In this document: positions 1-13,500 of the stretch, piece after piece
Numbering within the stretch: position 1 is the first letter of the stretch
Layout of the letters: every line of letters starts with the position of its first letter
Assembly: GCA_964016885.1 (NCBI GenBank)
Contig: OZ024741.1
Span: forward strand, 2,852,001 to 2,916,000
DNA length: 64,000 nucleotides
Direction: 5' to 3'
DNA from: Eledone cirrhosa
Lineage: Eukaryota
The notes under the pieces: model-generated
What the model saw: only the letters and a program-made list of their open reading frames with translations
Told to the model about the DNA's origin: nothing
The model's database searches: none
Position numbers and translations under genes: made by a program

Positions 1-1994
1 TGTCCAGCACTCTTCATCATTTCTTCTCTGAAGACATTCTGATGTCCTGCTCTCCTCACAGTTTCTTCTCTGAAGACCTTCTACTGTCCAGCTCTCCTCA
101 CAGTTGATTCTCTGAACATTTTCTACTGTCCAGTTCTCCTCACACTTTCTTCTCTGAAGACCTTCTACTGTCCAGCTCTCCTCACGGTTTCTTCTCTGAA
201 GACCTTCTGCTGTCCACCTCTCCTCACACTTTTTTCTCTGAAGACCTTCTGCTCTCCAGTTCTCCTCACATTTTCTTCACTGAAGACCTTCTCCTGTCCA
301 GCTCTCCTCACATTTTCTTCTCTGAAGACGTTCTGCTGTCCAGCTCGCCTCACAGTTTCTTCTCTGAAAACCTTCTACTTTCCAGCTCTCCGGACAGTTT
401 CTTGTCTGAAGAGCTTCTACTCTCCAGCTCCACTCACAGTTTCTGCTCTGAAGACCTTCTGCTGTCCAGCTCTCCTCAAAGTTTCTTCTCTGAAGACCTT
501 CTGCTGTCCAGCTCTCCTCACAGTTTCTTCTCTGAAGACCTTCTGCTGACATCTCTCCTCACAGTTTCTGCTCTGAAGACCTTATCCTGTCCAGCTCTCC
601 TCACAGTTTCTTCTCTGAAGACCTTCTACTGTCCACTTCTCCTCAAACTTTCTTCTCTGAAGATCTTCTACTGTCCAGCTCTCCTCACAGTTTCTAATCT
701 GAAGATCTTCTATCCAGCTCTCCTCAATGTTTATTCTCTGAAGATCTTCTACTGTCCAGCTCTCCGGACAGTTTCTTCTCTGAAGAGCTTCTACTCTCCA
801 GCTCTCCTCACAGTTTCTTCTCTGAAGTTCTACTACTGTCCAGCTCTCCTCACAGTTTCTTCTCTGAAGACCTCCTGCTGTCCAGCTCACCTCACAGTTT
901 CTTCTCTGAAGAGCTTCTACTCTCCAGCTCTCCTCACAGTTTCTTCTCTGAAGACCTTCTACTGTCCAGCTCGCCTCATTATTTCTTCTCTGAAGACCTT
1001 CTACTGTCCAGCTCTCCTCACAGTTTCTTCTCTGAACACCTTCTACTGTCCGGCTCTCAGGACAATTTCTTCTCTGAAGAGCTTCTACTGTCCAGCTCTC
1101 CTCATAGATTATTCTCTGAACACCTTCTACTGTCCAGCTCCTCTCACAGTTTCTTCTCTGAAGTTCTACTACTGTCCAGCTCTCCTCACAGTTTCTTCTC
1201 TGAAACCCTTCTACTGTCCAGCTCTCCTCACAGTTTCTTCTCTGAAGACATTCTGCTGTCCAGCTCTCCTCACAGTTTCTTCTCTGAAGACCTTCTACTG
1301 TCCAGCTCCCCTCTGTGTTTCTTCTCTGAAGACCTTCTACTGTCCAGCTCTCCTCACAGTTGATTCTCTGAACATTTTCTACTGTCCAGTTCTCCTCACA
1401 CTTTCTTCTCTGAAGACCTTCTACTGTCCAGCTCTCCTCACACTTTTTTCTCTGAAGACCTTCTGCTCTCCAGTTCTCCTCATATTTTCTTCACTGAAGA
1501 CCTTCTACTGTCCAGCTCTCCTCAATGTTTCTTCTCTGAAGACATTCTGCTATCCAGCTCTCCTCACAGTTTCTTCGCTGAAGACCTTCTGCTGTCCAGC
1601 TCTCCTCACAGTTTCTTGTCTGAAGACGTTTTACTGACCAGCTCTCCTCACAGTTTCTGCTATGAAGACCTTCTCCTGTCCAGCTCTCCTCATCATTTCT
1701 TCTCTGAAGACATTCTACTGTCCAGCACTCTTCATCATTTCTTCTCTGAAGACATTCTGCTGTCCAGCTCTCCTCACAGTTTCTTCTCTGAAGACCTTCT
1801 ACTGTCCAGCTCTCCTCACAGTTGATTCTCTGAACATTTTCTACTGTCCAGTTCTCCTCACACTTTCTTCTCTGAAGACCCTCTACTGTCCAGCTCTCCT
1901 CACACTTTTTTCTCTGAAGACCTTCTGCTCTCCAGTTCTCCTCACGTTTTCTTCACTGAAGACCTTCTACTGTCCAGCTCTCCTCAATGTTTCT

Positions 1995-4900
1995 TCTCTG
2001 AAGACATTCTGCTGTCCAGCTCTCCTCACAGTTTCTTCGCTGAAGACCTTCTGCTGTCCAGCTCTCCTCACAGTTTCTTCTCTGAAGACATTCTGCTGTC
2101 CAGCTCTCCTCAGAGTTTCTTCCCTGAAGACCTTCTGCTGACATCTCTCCTCACAGTTTCTGCTCTGAAGACCTTCTCCTTTCCAGCTATCCTCACATTT
2201 TCTTCTCTGAAGACGTTCTGCTGTCCAGCTCGCCTCACAATTTCTTCTCTGAAGACCTTCTACTGTCCAGCTCTCCGGACATTTTCTTGTCTGAAGAGCT
2301 TCTACTCTCCAGCTCTCCTCTCAGTTTCTTCTCTCAAGACCTTCTACTGTCCAGTTCTCCTCATCATTTCTTCACTGAAGACCTTCTGCTGTCCAGCTCT
2401 CCTCACAGTTTCTTCTCTGAAGACCTTCTACTGTCCAGCTCTCCAGACAATTTCTCTCTGAAAGCTTCTACTGTCCAGCTTTCCTGACAGTTTCTTCTCT
2501 GAAGACGTGCTACTGTCCAGCTCCTTTCACAGTTTCTTCTCTGAAGTTCTACTACTGTCCAGCTCTCCTCACACTGTCTTCTCTGAAGACCTTCTGCTGT
2601 CCAGCTCTCCTCACAGTTTCTTCTCAGAAGACCTACTGTCCAGCTCCCCTCAGTGTTTCTTCTCTGAAGACCTTCTACTGTCCAGCTCTCCTCATCATTT
2701 CTTCTCTGAAGACCTTCTACTCTACAGTTCTCCTCACAGTTTCTTCACTGAAGACCTTCTACTGTCCAGCTCTCCTCAATATTTCTTCTCTGATGACCTT
2801 CTACTGTCCAGCTCTCTTCACAGATTCTTCTCTGAAGACCTTCTGCTGTCCAGCTCTCCTCACAGTTTCTTCTCTGAAGACCTTCTACTGTCCAGCTTGC
2901 CTCATCATTTCTTCACTGAAGAACTTCTACTGTCCTGCTCTCCTCACAGTTTCAGTTCTGAAGACCTTCTACTGTCCAGCTCTCCTCATCATTTCTTTTC
3001 TGAAGACCTTCTGCTGTCCAGCTCTCCTCACAGTTTCTTCTCTGAAGACCTTCTACTGTCCAGCTCTCCTCACAGTTTCTTCTCTGAAGACACTCTGCTG
3101 TCCAGCTCTCCTCACAGTTTCTTCTCTGAAGACGTTCTGCTGTCCAGCTCTCCTCACAGTTTCTTCTCTGAAGACATTCTGCTATCCAGATCTCCTCACA
3201 GTTTCTCCTCTGAAGACCTTCTGCTGACATCTCTCCTAACAGTTTCTGCTCTGTAGACCTTCTCCTGTCCAGCTCTCCTCACAGTTTCTTCCCTGAAGAC
3301 CTTCTGCTGACATCTCTCCTCACAGTTTCTGCTCTGAAGACCTTCTACTGTCCAGCTCTCCAGAGAGTTTCTTCTCTGAAAACATTCTACTGTCCAGCTC
3401 TTCTCACAGTTTCTTCTCTGAAGTTCTACGACTGTCCAGCTCTCCTCACAGTTTCTCCTCTGAAGACCTTCTACTCTCCATCTATCCTCACAATTTCTTC
3501 TCTGAAGACCTTCTGTTGTCCAGCTCTCCTCACAGTTTCTCCTCTGAAGACCTTCTACTGTCTAGTTCTCCTCACACTTTCTTCTCTGAAGACCTTCTAC
3601 TGTCCAGCTCTCCTCACAGTTTCTTCTCTGAAGACCTTCTGCTGTCCAGCTCTCCTCACAGTTTCTTCTCTGAAGACATTCTGCTGTCCAGCTCTCCTCA
3701 CAGTTTCTTCCCTGAAGACCTTCTTTTGACATCTCTCCTAACAGTTTCTGCTCTGAAGACCTTCTCCTGTCCAGCTCTCCTCACATTTTCTTCTCTGAAG
3801 ACGTTCTGCTGTCCAGCTCGCATCACAGTTTCTTCTCTGAAAACCTTCTACTTTCCAGCTCTCCGGACAGTTTCTTGTCTGAAGAGCTTCTACTCTCCAG
3901 CTCCACTCACAGTTTCTGCTCTGAAGACCTTCTGCTGTCCAGCTCTCCTCAAAGTTTCTTCTCTGAAGACCTTCTGCTGTCCAGCTCTCCTCACAGTTTC
4001 TTCTCTGAAGACATTCTGCTGTCCAGATCTCCTCACAATTTCTTCTCTGAAGACCTTCTGCTGACATCTCTCCTCACAGTTTCTGCTCTGAAGACCTTAT
4101 CCTGTCCAGCTCTCCTCACAGTTTCTTCTCTGAAGACCTTCTACTGTCCACTTCTCCTCAAACTTTCTTCTCTGAAGATCTTCTACTGTCCAGCTCTCCT
4201 CACAGTTTCTTATCTGAAGATCTTCTATCCAGCTCTCCTCAATGTTTATTCTCTGAAGATCTTGTACTGTCCAGCTCTCCGGACAGTTTCTTCTCTGAAG
4301 AGCTTCTACTCTCCAGCTCTCCTCACAGTTTCTTCTCTGAAGATCTACTACTGTCCAGCTCTCCTCACAGTTTCTTCTCTGAAGACCTCCTGCTGTCCAG
4401 CTCACCTCACAGTTTCTTCTCTGAAGAGCTTCTACTCTCCAGCTCTCCTCACAGTTTCTTCTCTGAAGACCTTCTACTGTCCGGCTCGCCTCATTATTTC
4501 TTCTCTGAAGACCTTCTACTGTCCAGCTCTCCTCACAGTTTCTTCTCTGAACACCTTCTACTATCCGGCTCTCAGGACAATTTCTTCTCTGAAGAGCTTC
4601 TACTGTCCAGCTCTCCTCATAGATTATTCTCTGAACACCTTCTACTGTCCAGCTCCTCTCACAGTTTCTTCTCTGAAGTTCTACTACTGTCCAGCTCTCC
4701 TCACAGTTTCTTCTCTGAAACCCTTCTACTGTCCAGCTCTCCTCACAGTTTCTTCTCTGAAGACATTCTGCTGTCCAGCTCTCCTCAGAGTTTCTTCTCT
4801 GAAGAACTTCTACTGTCCAGCTCTCCTCACAGTTTCTGCTCTGAAGACCTTCTACTGTCCAGCTCCTCTCACAGTTTCTTCTCTGAAGTTCTACTACTGT

Positions 4901-7900
4901 CCAGCTCTCCTCAGACTGTCTTCTCTGAAGACATTCTGCTGTCCAGCTCTCCTCACAGTTTCTTCGCTGAAGACCTTCTGCTGTCCAGCTCTCCTCACAG
5001 TTTCTTCTCTGAAGACATTCTGCTGTCCAGCTCTCCTCAGAGTTTCTTCCCTGAAGACCTTCTGCTGACATCTCTCCTCACAGTTTCTGCTCTGAAGACC
5101 TTCTCCTTTCCAGCTATCCTCACATTTTCTTCTCTGAAGACGTTCTGCTGTCCAGCTCGCCTCACAATTTCTTCTCTGAAGACCTTCTACTGTCCAGCTC
5201 TCCGGACATTTTCTTGTCTGAAGAGCTTCTACTCTCCAGCTCTCCTCTCAGTTTCTTCTCTCAAGACCTTCTACTGTCCAGTTCTCCTCATCATTTCTTC
5301 ACTGAAGACCTTCTGCTGTCCAGCTCTCCTCACAGTTTCTTCTCTGAAGACCTTCTACTGTCCAGCTCTCCGGACAATTTCTCTCTGAAAGCTTCTACTG
5401 TCCAGCTTTCCTGACAGTTTCTTCTCTGAAGACGTGCTACTGTCCAGCTCCTTTCACAGTTTCTTCTCTGAAGTTCTACTACTGTCCAGCTCTCCTCACA
5501 CTGTCTTCTCTGAAGACCTTCTGCTGTCCAGCTCTCCTCACAGTTTCTTCTCAGAAGACCTACTGTCCAGCTCCCCTCAGTGTTTCTTCTCTGAAGACCT
5601 TCTACTGTCCAGCTCTCCTCATCATTTCTTCTCTGAAGACCTTCTACTCTACAGTTCTCCTCACAGTTTCTTCACTGAAGACCTTCTACTGTCCAGCTCT
5701 CCTCAATATTTCTTGTCTGATGACCTTCTACTGTCCAGCTCTCTTCACAGATTCTTCTCTGAAGACCTTCTGCTGTCCAGCTCTCCTCACAGTTTCTTCT
5801 CTGAAGACCTTCTACTGTCCAGCTTGCCTCATCATTTCTTCACTGAAGAACTTCTACTGTCCAGCTCTCCTCACAGTTTCAGTTCTGAAGACCTTCTACT
5901 GTCCAGCTCTCCTCATCATTTCTTTTCTGAAGACCTTCTGCTGTCCAGCTCTCCTCACAGTTTCTTCTCTGAAGACCTTCTACTGTCCAGCTCTCCTCAC
6001 AGTTTCTTCTCTGAAGACACTCTGCTGTCCAGCTCTCCTCACAGTTTCTTCTCTGAAGACGTTCTGCTGTCCAGCTCTCCTCACAGTTTCTTCTCTGAAG
6101 ACATTCTGCTATCCAGATCTCCTCACAGTTTCTCCTCTGAAGACCTTCTGCTGACATCTCTCCTCACAGTTTCTGCTCAGAAGACCTTCTGCTGTCCAGC
6201 TCTCCTCAAAGTTTCTTCTCTGAAGACCTTCAGCTGTCCAGCTCTCCTCACAGTTTCTTCTCTGAAGACATTCTGCTGTCCAGCTTTCCTCTCAATTTGT
6301 TCCCTGAATACCTTCTGCTGACATCTCTCCTAACAGTTTCTGCTCTGTAGACCTTCTCCTGTCCAGCTCTCCTCACAGTTTCTTCCCTGAAGACCTTCTG
6401 CTGACATCTCTCCTCACAGTTTCTGCTCTGAAGACCTTCTACTGTCCAGCTCTCCAGAGAGTTTCTTCTCTGAAAACATTCTACTGTCCAGCTCTTCTCA
6501 CAGTTTCTTCTCTGAAGTTCTACGACTGTCCAGCTCTCCTCACAGTTTCTCCTCTGAAGACCTTCTACTCTCCATCTATCCTCACAATTTCTTCTCTGAA
6601 GACCTTCTGTTGTCCAGCTCTCCTCACAGTTTCTCCTCTGAAGACCTTCTACTGTCTAGTTCTCCTCACACTTTCTTCTCTGAAGACCTTCTACTGTCCA
6701 GCTCTCCTCACAGTTTCTTCTCTGAAGACCTTCTGCTGTCCAGCTCTCCTCACAGTTTCTTCTCTGAAGACATTCTGCTGTCCAGCTCTCCTCACAGTTT
6801 CTTCCCTGAAGACCTTCTTTTGACATCTCTCCTAACAGTTTCTGCTCTGAAGACCTTCTCCTGTCCAGCTCTCCTCACATTTTCTTCTCTGAAGACGTTC
6901 TGCTGTCCAGCTCGCCTCACAGTTTCTTCACTGAAAACCTTCTACTTTCCAGCTCTCCGGACAGTTTCTTGTCTGAAGAGCTTCTACTCTCCAGCTCCAC
7001 TCACAGTTTCTGCTCTGAAGACCTTCTGCTGTCCAGCTCTCCTCAAAGTTTCTTCTCTGAAGACCTTCTGCTGTCCAGCTCTCCTCACAGTTTCTTCTCT
7101 GAAGACATTCTGCTGTCCAGATCTCCTCACAATTTCTTCTCTGAAGACCTTCTGCTGACATCTCTCCTCACAGTTTCTGCTCTGAAGACCTTATCCTGTC
7201 CAGCTCTCCTCACAGTTTCTTCTCTGAAGACCTTCTACTGTCCACTTCTCCTCAAACTTTCTTCTCTGAAGATCTTCTACTGTCCAGCTCTCCTCACAGT
7301 TTCTTATCTGAAGATCTTCTATCCAGCTCTCCTCAATGTTTATTGTCTGAAGATCTTGTACTGTCCAGCTCTCCGGACAGTTTCTTCTCTGAAGAGCTTC
7401 TACTCTCCAGCTCTCCTCACAGTTTCTTCTCTGAAGATCTACTACTGTCCAGCTCTCCTCACAGTTTCTTCTCTGAAAACCTCCTGCTGTCCAGCTCACC
7501 TCACAGTTTCTTCTCTGAAGAGCTTCTACTCTCCAGCTCTCCTCACAGTTTCTTCTCTGAAGACCTTCTACTGTCCAGCTCGCCTCATTATTTCTTCTCT
7601 GAAGACCTTCTACTGTCCAGCTCTCCTCACAGTTTCTTCTCTGAACACCTTCTACTATCCGGCTCACAGGACAATTTCTTCTCTGAAGAGCTTCTACTGT
7701 CCAGCTCTCCTCATAGATTATTCTCTGAACACCTTCTACTGTCCAGCTCCTCTCACAGTTTCTTCTCTGAAACCCTTCTACTGTCCAGCTCTCCTCACAG
7801 TTTCTTCTCTGAAGACATTCTGCTGTCCAGCTCTCCTCACAGTTTCTTCTCTGAAGAACCTCTACTGTCCAGCTCTCCTCACAGTTTCTGCTCTGAAGAC

Positions 7901-7975
7901 CTTCTACTGTCCAGCTCCTCTCACAGTTTCTTCTCTGAAGTTCTACTACTGTCCAGCTCTCCTCAGACTGTCTTC
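1995..7975 (+). repeat. Higher-order tandem duplication of a ~2.9-3.1-kb block (copy 1 ~1995-4921, copy 2 ~4922-7975)
   Basis: Matching variant strings and ORFs occur at offset 2927 (2287/5214, 2507/5434, 2793/5720). The offset becomes 3094 after a 167-bp insertion near 6160-6325 (3516/6610, 3875/6969), then 3052 after loss of one monomer (CAGACTGTC at ~4912/~7964). Confidence 0.88.
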
Positions 7976-10580
7976 TCTGAAGACCTTCTGCTGTCCAGCT
8001 CTCCTCACTGTTTCTTCTCTGAAGAACTTCTACTGTCCAGCTCTCCTCACAGTTTCTTCTCTGAAGACCTTCTACTGTCCAGCTCTCCTCATCATTTCTT
8101 CTCTGAAGACATTCTGCTGTCCAGCTCTCCTCACAGTTTCTTCTCTGAAGACCTTCTACTGTCCAGCTCCCCTCTGTGTTTCTTCTCTGAAGACCTTCTA
8201 CTGTCCAGCTCTCCTCACAGTTTCTTGTCTGAAGACGTTTTACTGTCCAGCTCTCCTCCCAGTTTCTGCTATGAAGACCTTCTCCTGTCCAGCTCTCCTC
8301 ATCATTTCTTCTCTGAAGACATTCTACTGTCCAGCACTCTTCATCATTTCTTCTCTGAAGACATTCTGCTGTCCAGCTCTCCTCACAGTTTCTTCTCTGA
8401 AGACCTTCTACTGTCCAGCTCTCCTCACAGTTGATTCTCTGAACATTTTCTACTGTCCAGTTCTCCTCACACTTTCTTCTCTGAAGACCTTCTACTGTCC
8501 AGCTCTCCTCACGGTTTCTTCTCTGAAGACCTTCTGCTGTCCAGTTCTCCTCACATTTTCTTCACTGAAGACCTTCTACTGTCCAGCTCTCCTCAATGTT
8601 TCTTCTCTGAAGACATTCTGCTGTCCAGCTCTCCTCACAGTTTCTTCGCTGAAGACCTTCTGCTGTCCAGCTCTCCTCACAGTTTCTTCTCTGAAGACAT
8701 TCTGCTGTCCAGCTCTCCTCAGAGTTTCTTCCCTGAAGACCTTCTGCTGACATCTCTCCTCACAGTTTCTGCTCTGAAGACCTTCTCCTTTCCAGCTGTC
8801 CTCACATTTTCTTCTCTGAAGACCTTCTGCTGTCCATCTCTCCTCACAGTTTCTTCTCTGAAGACATTCTGCTGTCCAGATCTCCTCACAATTTCTTCTC
8901 TGAAGACCTTCTGCTGACATCTCTCCTCACAGTTTCTGCTCTGAAGACCTTATCCTGTCCAGCTCTCCTCACAGTTTCTTCTCTGAAGACCTTCTACTGT
9001 CCACTTCTCCTCAAACTTTCTTCTCTGAAGATCTTCTACTGTCCAGCTCTCCTCACAGTTTCTTATCTGAAGATCTTCTATCCAGCTCTCCTCAATGTTT
9101 ATTCTCTGAAGATCTTGTACTGTCCAGCTCTCCGGACAGTTTCTTCTCTGAAGAGCTTCTACTCTCCAGCTCTCCTCACAGTTTCTTCTCTGAAGATCTA
9201 CTACTGTCCAGCTCTCCTCACAGTTTCTTCTCTGAAGACCTCCTGCTGTCCAGCTCACCTCACAGTTTCTTCTCTGAAGAGCTTCTACTCTCCAGCTCTC
9301 CTCACAGTTTCTTCTCTGAAGACCTTCTACTGTCCAGCTCGCCTCATTATTTCTTCTCTGAAGACCTTCTACTGTCCAGCTCTCCTCACAGTTTCTTCTC
9401 TGAACACCTTCTACTGTCCGGCTCTCAGGACAATTTCTTCTCTGAAGTTCTACTACTGTCCAGCTCTCCTCACAGTTTCTTCTCTGAAACCCTTCTACTG
9501 TCCAGCTCTCCTCACAGTTTCTTCTCTGAAGACATTCTGCTGTCCAGCTCTCCTCACAGTTTCTTCTCTGAAGAACTTCTACTGTCCAGCTCTCCTCACA
9601 GTTTCTGCTCTGAAGACCTTCTACTGTACAGCTCCTCTCACAGTTTCTTCTCTGAAGTTCTACTACTGTCCAGCTCTCCTCAGACTGTCTTCTCTGAAGA
9701 CCTTCTGCTGTCCAGCTCTCCTCACTGTTTCTTCTCTGAAGAACTTCTACTGTCCAGCTCTCCTCACAGTTTCTTCTCTGAAGACCTTCTACTGTCCAGC
9801 TCTCCTCATCATTTCTTCTCTGAAGACATTCTGCTGTCCAGCTCTCCTCACAGTTTCTTCTCTGAAAACCTTCTACTGTCCAGCTCCCCTCTGTGTTTCT
9901 TCTCTGAAGACCTTCTACTGTCCAGCTCTCCTCACAGTTTCTTGTCTGAAGACGTTTTACTGTCCAGCTCTCCTCACAGTTTCTGCTATGAAGACCTTCT
10001 CCTGTCCAGCTCTCCTCATCATTTCTTCTCTGAAGACATTCTACTGTCCAGCACTCTTCATCATTTCTTCTCTGAAGACATTCTGCTGTCCAGCTCTCCT
10101 CACAGTTTCTTCTCTGAAGACCTTCTACTGTCCAGCTCTCCTCACAGTTGATTCTCTGAACATTTTCTACTGTCCAGTTCTCCTCACACTTTCTTCTCTG
10201 AAGACCTTCTACTGTCCAGCTCTCCTCACGGTTTCTTCTCTGAAGACCTTCTGCTGTCCACCTCTCCTCAAACTTTTTTCTCTGAAGACCTTCTGCTCTC
10301 CAGTTCTCCTCACATTTTCTTCACTGAAGACCTTCTACTGTCCAGCTCTCCTCAATGTTTCTTCTCTGAAGACATTCTGCTGTCCAGCTCTCCTCACAGT
10401 TTCTTCGCTGAAGACCTTCTGCTGTCCAGCTCTCCTCACAGTTTCTTCTCTGAAGACATTCTGCTGTCCAGCTCTCCTCAGAGTTTCTTCCCTGAAGACC
10501 TTCTGCTGACATCTCTCCTCACAGTTTCTGCTCTGAAGACCTTCTCCTTTCCAGCTGTCCTCACATTTTCTTCTCTGAAG
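7082..10580 (+). repeat. Higher-order tandem duplication, period ~1759 bp (copy 1 ~7082-8840, copy 2 ~8841-10580)
   Basis: CTGACATCTC...GACCTTATCCTG occurs at 7155 and 8914. ORF pairs 7191/8950 and 8562/10321 are offset by 1759. The offset is temporarily 1717 (one monomer less) in the middle of the block. Confidence 0.85.
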
Positions 10581-13500
10581 ACGTTCTGCTGTCCAGCTCG
10601 CCTCACAATTTCTTCTCTGAAGACCTTCTAATGTCCAGCTCTCCGGACATTTTCTTGTCTGAAGAGCTTCTACTCTCCAGCTCTCCTCTCAGTTTCTTCT
10701 CTCAAGACCTTCTACTGTCCAGTTCTCATCATCATTTCTTCACTGAAGACCTTCTGCTGTCCAGCTCTCCTCACAGTTTCTTCTCTGAAGACCATCTACT
10801 GTCCAGCTCTCCGGACAATTTCTCTCTGAAAGCTTCTACTGTCCAGCTTTCCTGACAGTTTCTTCTCTGAAGACATTCTACTGTCCAGCTCCTTTCACAG
10901 TTTCTTCTCTGAAGTTCTACTACTGTCCAGCTCTCCTCACACTGTCTTCTCTGAAGACCTTCTGCTGTCCAGCTCTCCTCACAGTTTCTTCTCTGAAGAC
11001 CTTCTGCTGTCCAGCTCTCCTCACAGTTTCTTTTCTAAAGACCTTCTACTGTCCAGCTCTCCTCACAGTTTCTTCTCTGAAGAACTTCTACTGTCCAGCT
11101 CTCCTCACAGTTTCTTCTCTCAAGAACTTTTGCTGTCCAGCTCCCCTCAGTGTTTCTTCTCTGAAGACCTTCTACTGTCCAGCTCTCCTCATCATTTCTT
11201 CTCTGAAGACCTTCTACTGTCCAGCTCTCCTCATCATTTCTTCTCTGAAGACCTTCTACTCTACAGTTCTCCTCACAGTTTCTTCACTGAAGAGCTTCTA
11301 CTGTCCAGCTCTCCTCAATGTTTCTTCTCTGATGACCTTCTACTGTCCAGCTCTCTTCACAGATTCTTCTCTGAAGACCTTCTGCTGTCCAGCTCTCCTC
11401 ACAGTTTCTTCTCTGAAGACCTTCTACTGTCCAGCTCGCCTCATCATTTCTTCACTGAAGACCTTCTACTGTCCAGCTCTCCTCACAGTTTCAGTTCTGA
11501 AGACCTTCTACTGTCCAGCTCTCCTCATCATTTCTTTTCTGAAGACCTTCTGCTGTCCAGCTCTCCTCACAGTTTCTTCTCTGAAGACCTTCTGCTGTCC
11601 AGCTCTCCTCAAAGTTTCTTCTTTGAAGACCTTCAGCTGTCCAGCTCTCCTCACAGTTTCTTCTCTGAAGACATTCTGCTGTCCAGCTCTCCTCACAATT
11701 TCTTCTCTGAAGACCTTCTGCTGACATCTCTCCTCACAGTTTCTGCTCTGAAGACCTTATCCTGTCCAGCTCTCCTCACAGTTTCTTCTCTGAAGACCTT
11801 CTACTGTCCACTTCTCCTCAAACTTTCTTCTCTGAAGATCTTCTACTGTCCAGCACTCCTCACAGTTTCTTATCTGAAGATCTTCTATCCAGCTCTCCTC
11901 ACAGTTTCTTCCCTGAAGACCTTCTGCTGACATCTCTCCTCACAGTTTCTGCTCTGAAGATCTTCTACTGTCCATCTCGCCTCGCAGTTTCTTCTCTGAA
12001 GACCTTCCACTGTCCAGCTCTCCTTACAGTTTCTCCTCTGAAGACCTTCTACTCTCCATCTATCCTCACAATTTCTTCTCTGAAGACCTTCTGTTGTCCA
12101 GCTCTCCTCACAGTTTCTCCTCTGAAGACCTTCTACTGTCTAGTTCTCCTCACACTTTCTTCTCTGAAGACCTTCTACTGTCCAGCTCTCCTCACAGTTT
12201 CTTCTCTGAAGACCTTCTGCTGTCCAGCTCTCCTCATGATTTCTTCTCTGAAGACCTTCTACTCTCCAGCTCTCCTCATCATTTCTTCTCTGAAGACCTT
12301 CTACTCTCCAGCTCTCCTCATCATTTCTTCTCTGAAGACCTTCTACTGTCCAGCTCTCCTCACAGTTTCTTCTCTCAAGACCTCCTGCTGACCAGCTCTA
12401 CTCACAGTTTCTTCTCTGAAGTCCTTCTACTCTCCCTCTATCCTCACAGTTTCTTCTCTGAAGACCTTCTACTGTCCAGCTCTCCACACAGTTTCTTCTC
12501 TTAAGACATTCTACTGTCCAACTCTCCTCACAGTTTCTTCGCTGAAGACCTTCTACTGACCAGCTCTCCTCACAGTTTCTTCTCTCAAGAGCTTTTGCTG
12601 TCCAGCTCTCCTCACAGTTTCTTAACTGAAGAGCTTCTGCTGTCCATGTCTCCTCACAGTTTCTTCTCTGAAGACTTTCTACTGGCCAGCTCTCCTCACA
12701 GTTTCTTCTCTGAAGACCTTCTACTGTCCAACTCTCTTCACAGTTTATTCTCTGAAGATCTTCTACTGTCCATCTCGCCTGGCAGTTTCTTCTCTGAAGA
12801 CCTTCCACTGTCCAGCTCTTATGACAGTTTCTTCTCTGAAAACATTCTACTGTCCAGCTTTTCTCACAGTTTCTTCGCTGAAGTTCTACGACTGTCCAGC
12901 TCTTCTCACGGTTTCTTCTCTGAAGACCTTCTACTCTCCATCTATCCTCACAATTTCTTCTCTGAAGACGTTCTGTTATCCAGCTCTCCTCACAGTTTCT
13001 CCTCTGAAGACTTTGTACTGTCTAGCTCTCCTCACACTTTCTTCTCTGAAGACCTTCTACTGTCCAGCTCTCCTCACAGTTTCTTCTCTGAAGACCTACT
13101 GACCAGCTCTGCTCACAGTTTCTCCTCTGAAGACCTTCTGCTGCCCAGCCCTCCTCACAGTTTCTTCTCTGAAGACCTTCTACTGTCCAGTTCTCCTCAC
13201 AGTTTCTTCTCTGAAGACCTTCTACTGTCCAGCTCCCCTCACAGTTTCTTCTCTGAAGACCTTCTGCTGTACAGCTCTCCTCACAGTTTCTTCTCTGATG
13301 ACCTTCTACTGTCCAGCTCTCCTCACAATTTCTTCTCTGATGACCTTCTACTGTTCAGCTCTCCTCACAATTTCTTCTCCGAAGATTTTCTACTGTCCAG
13401 CTTTCCTCACAGTTTCTTCTATGAAGACCTTCTGCTGACATCTCTCCTCACAGTTTCTGCTCTGAAGACCTTCTACTGTCCAGCTCTCCTCACAGTTTCT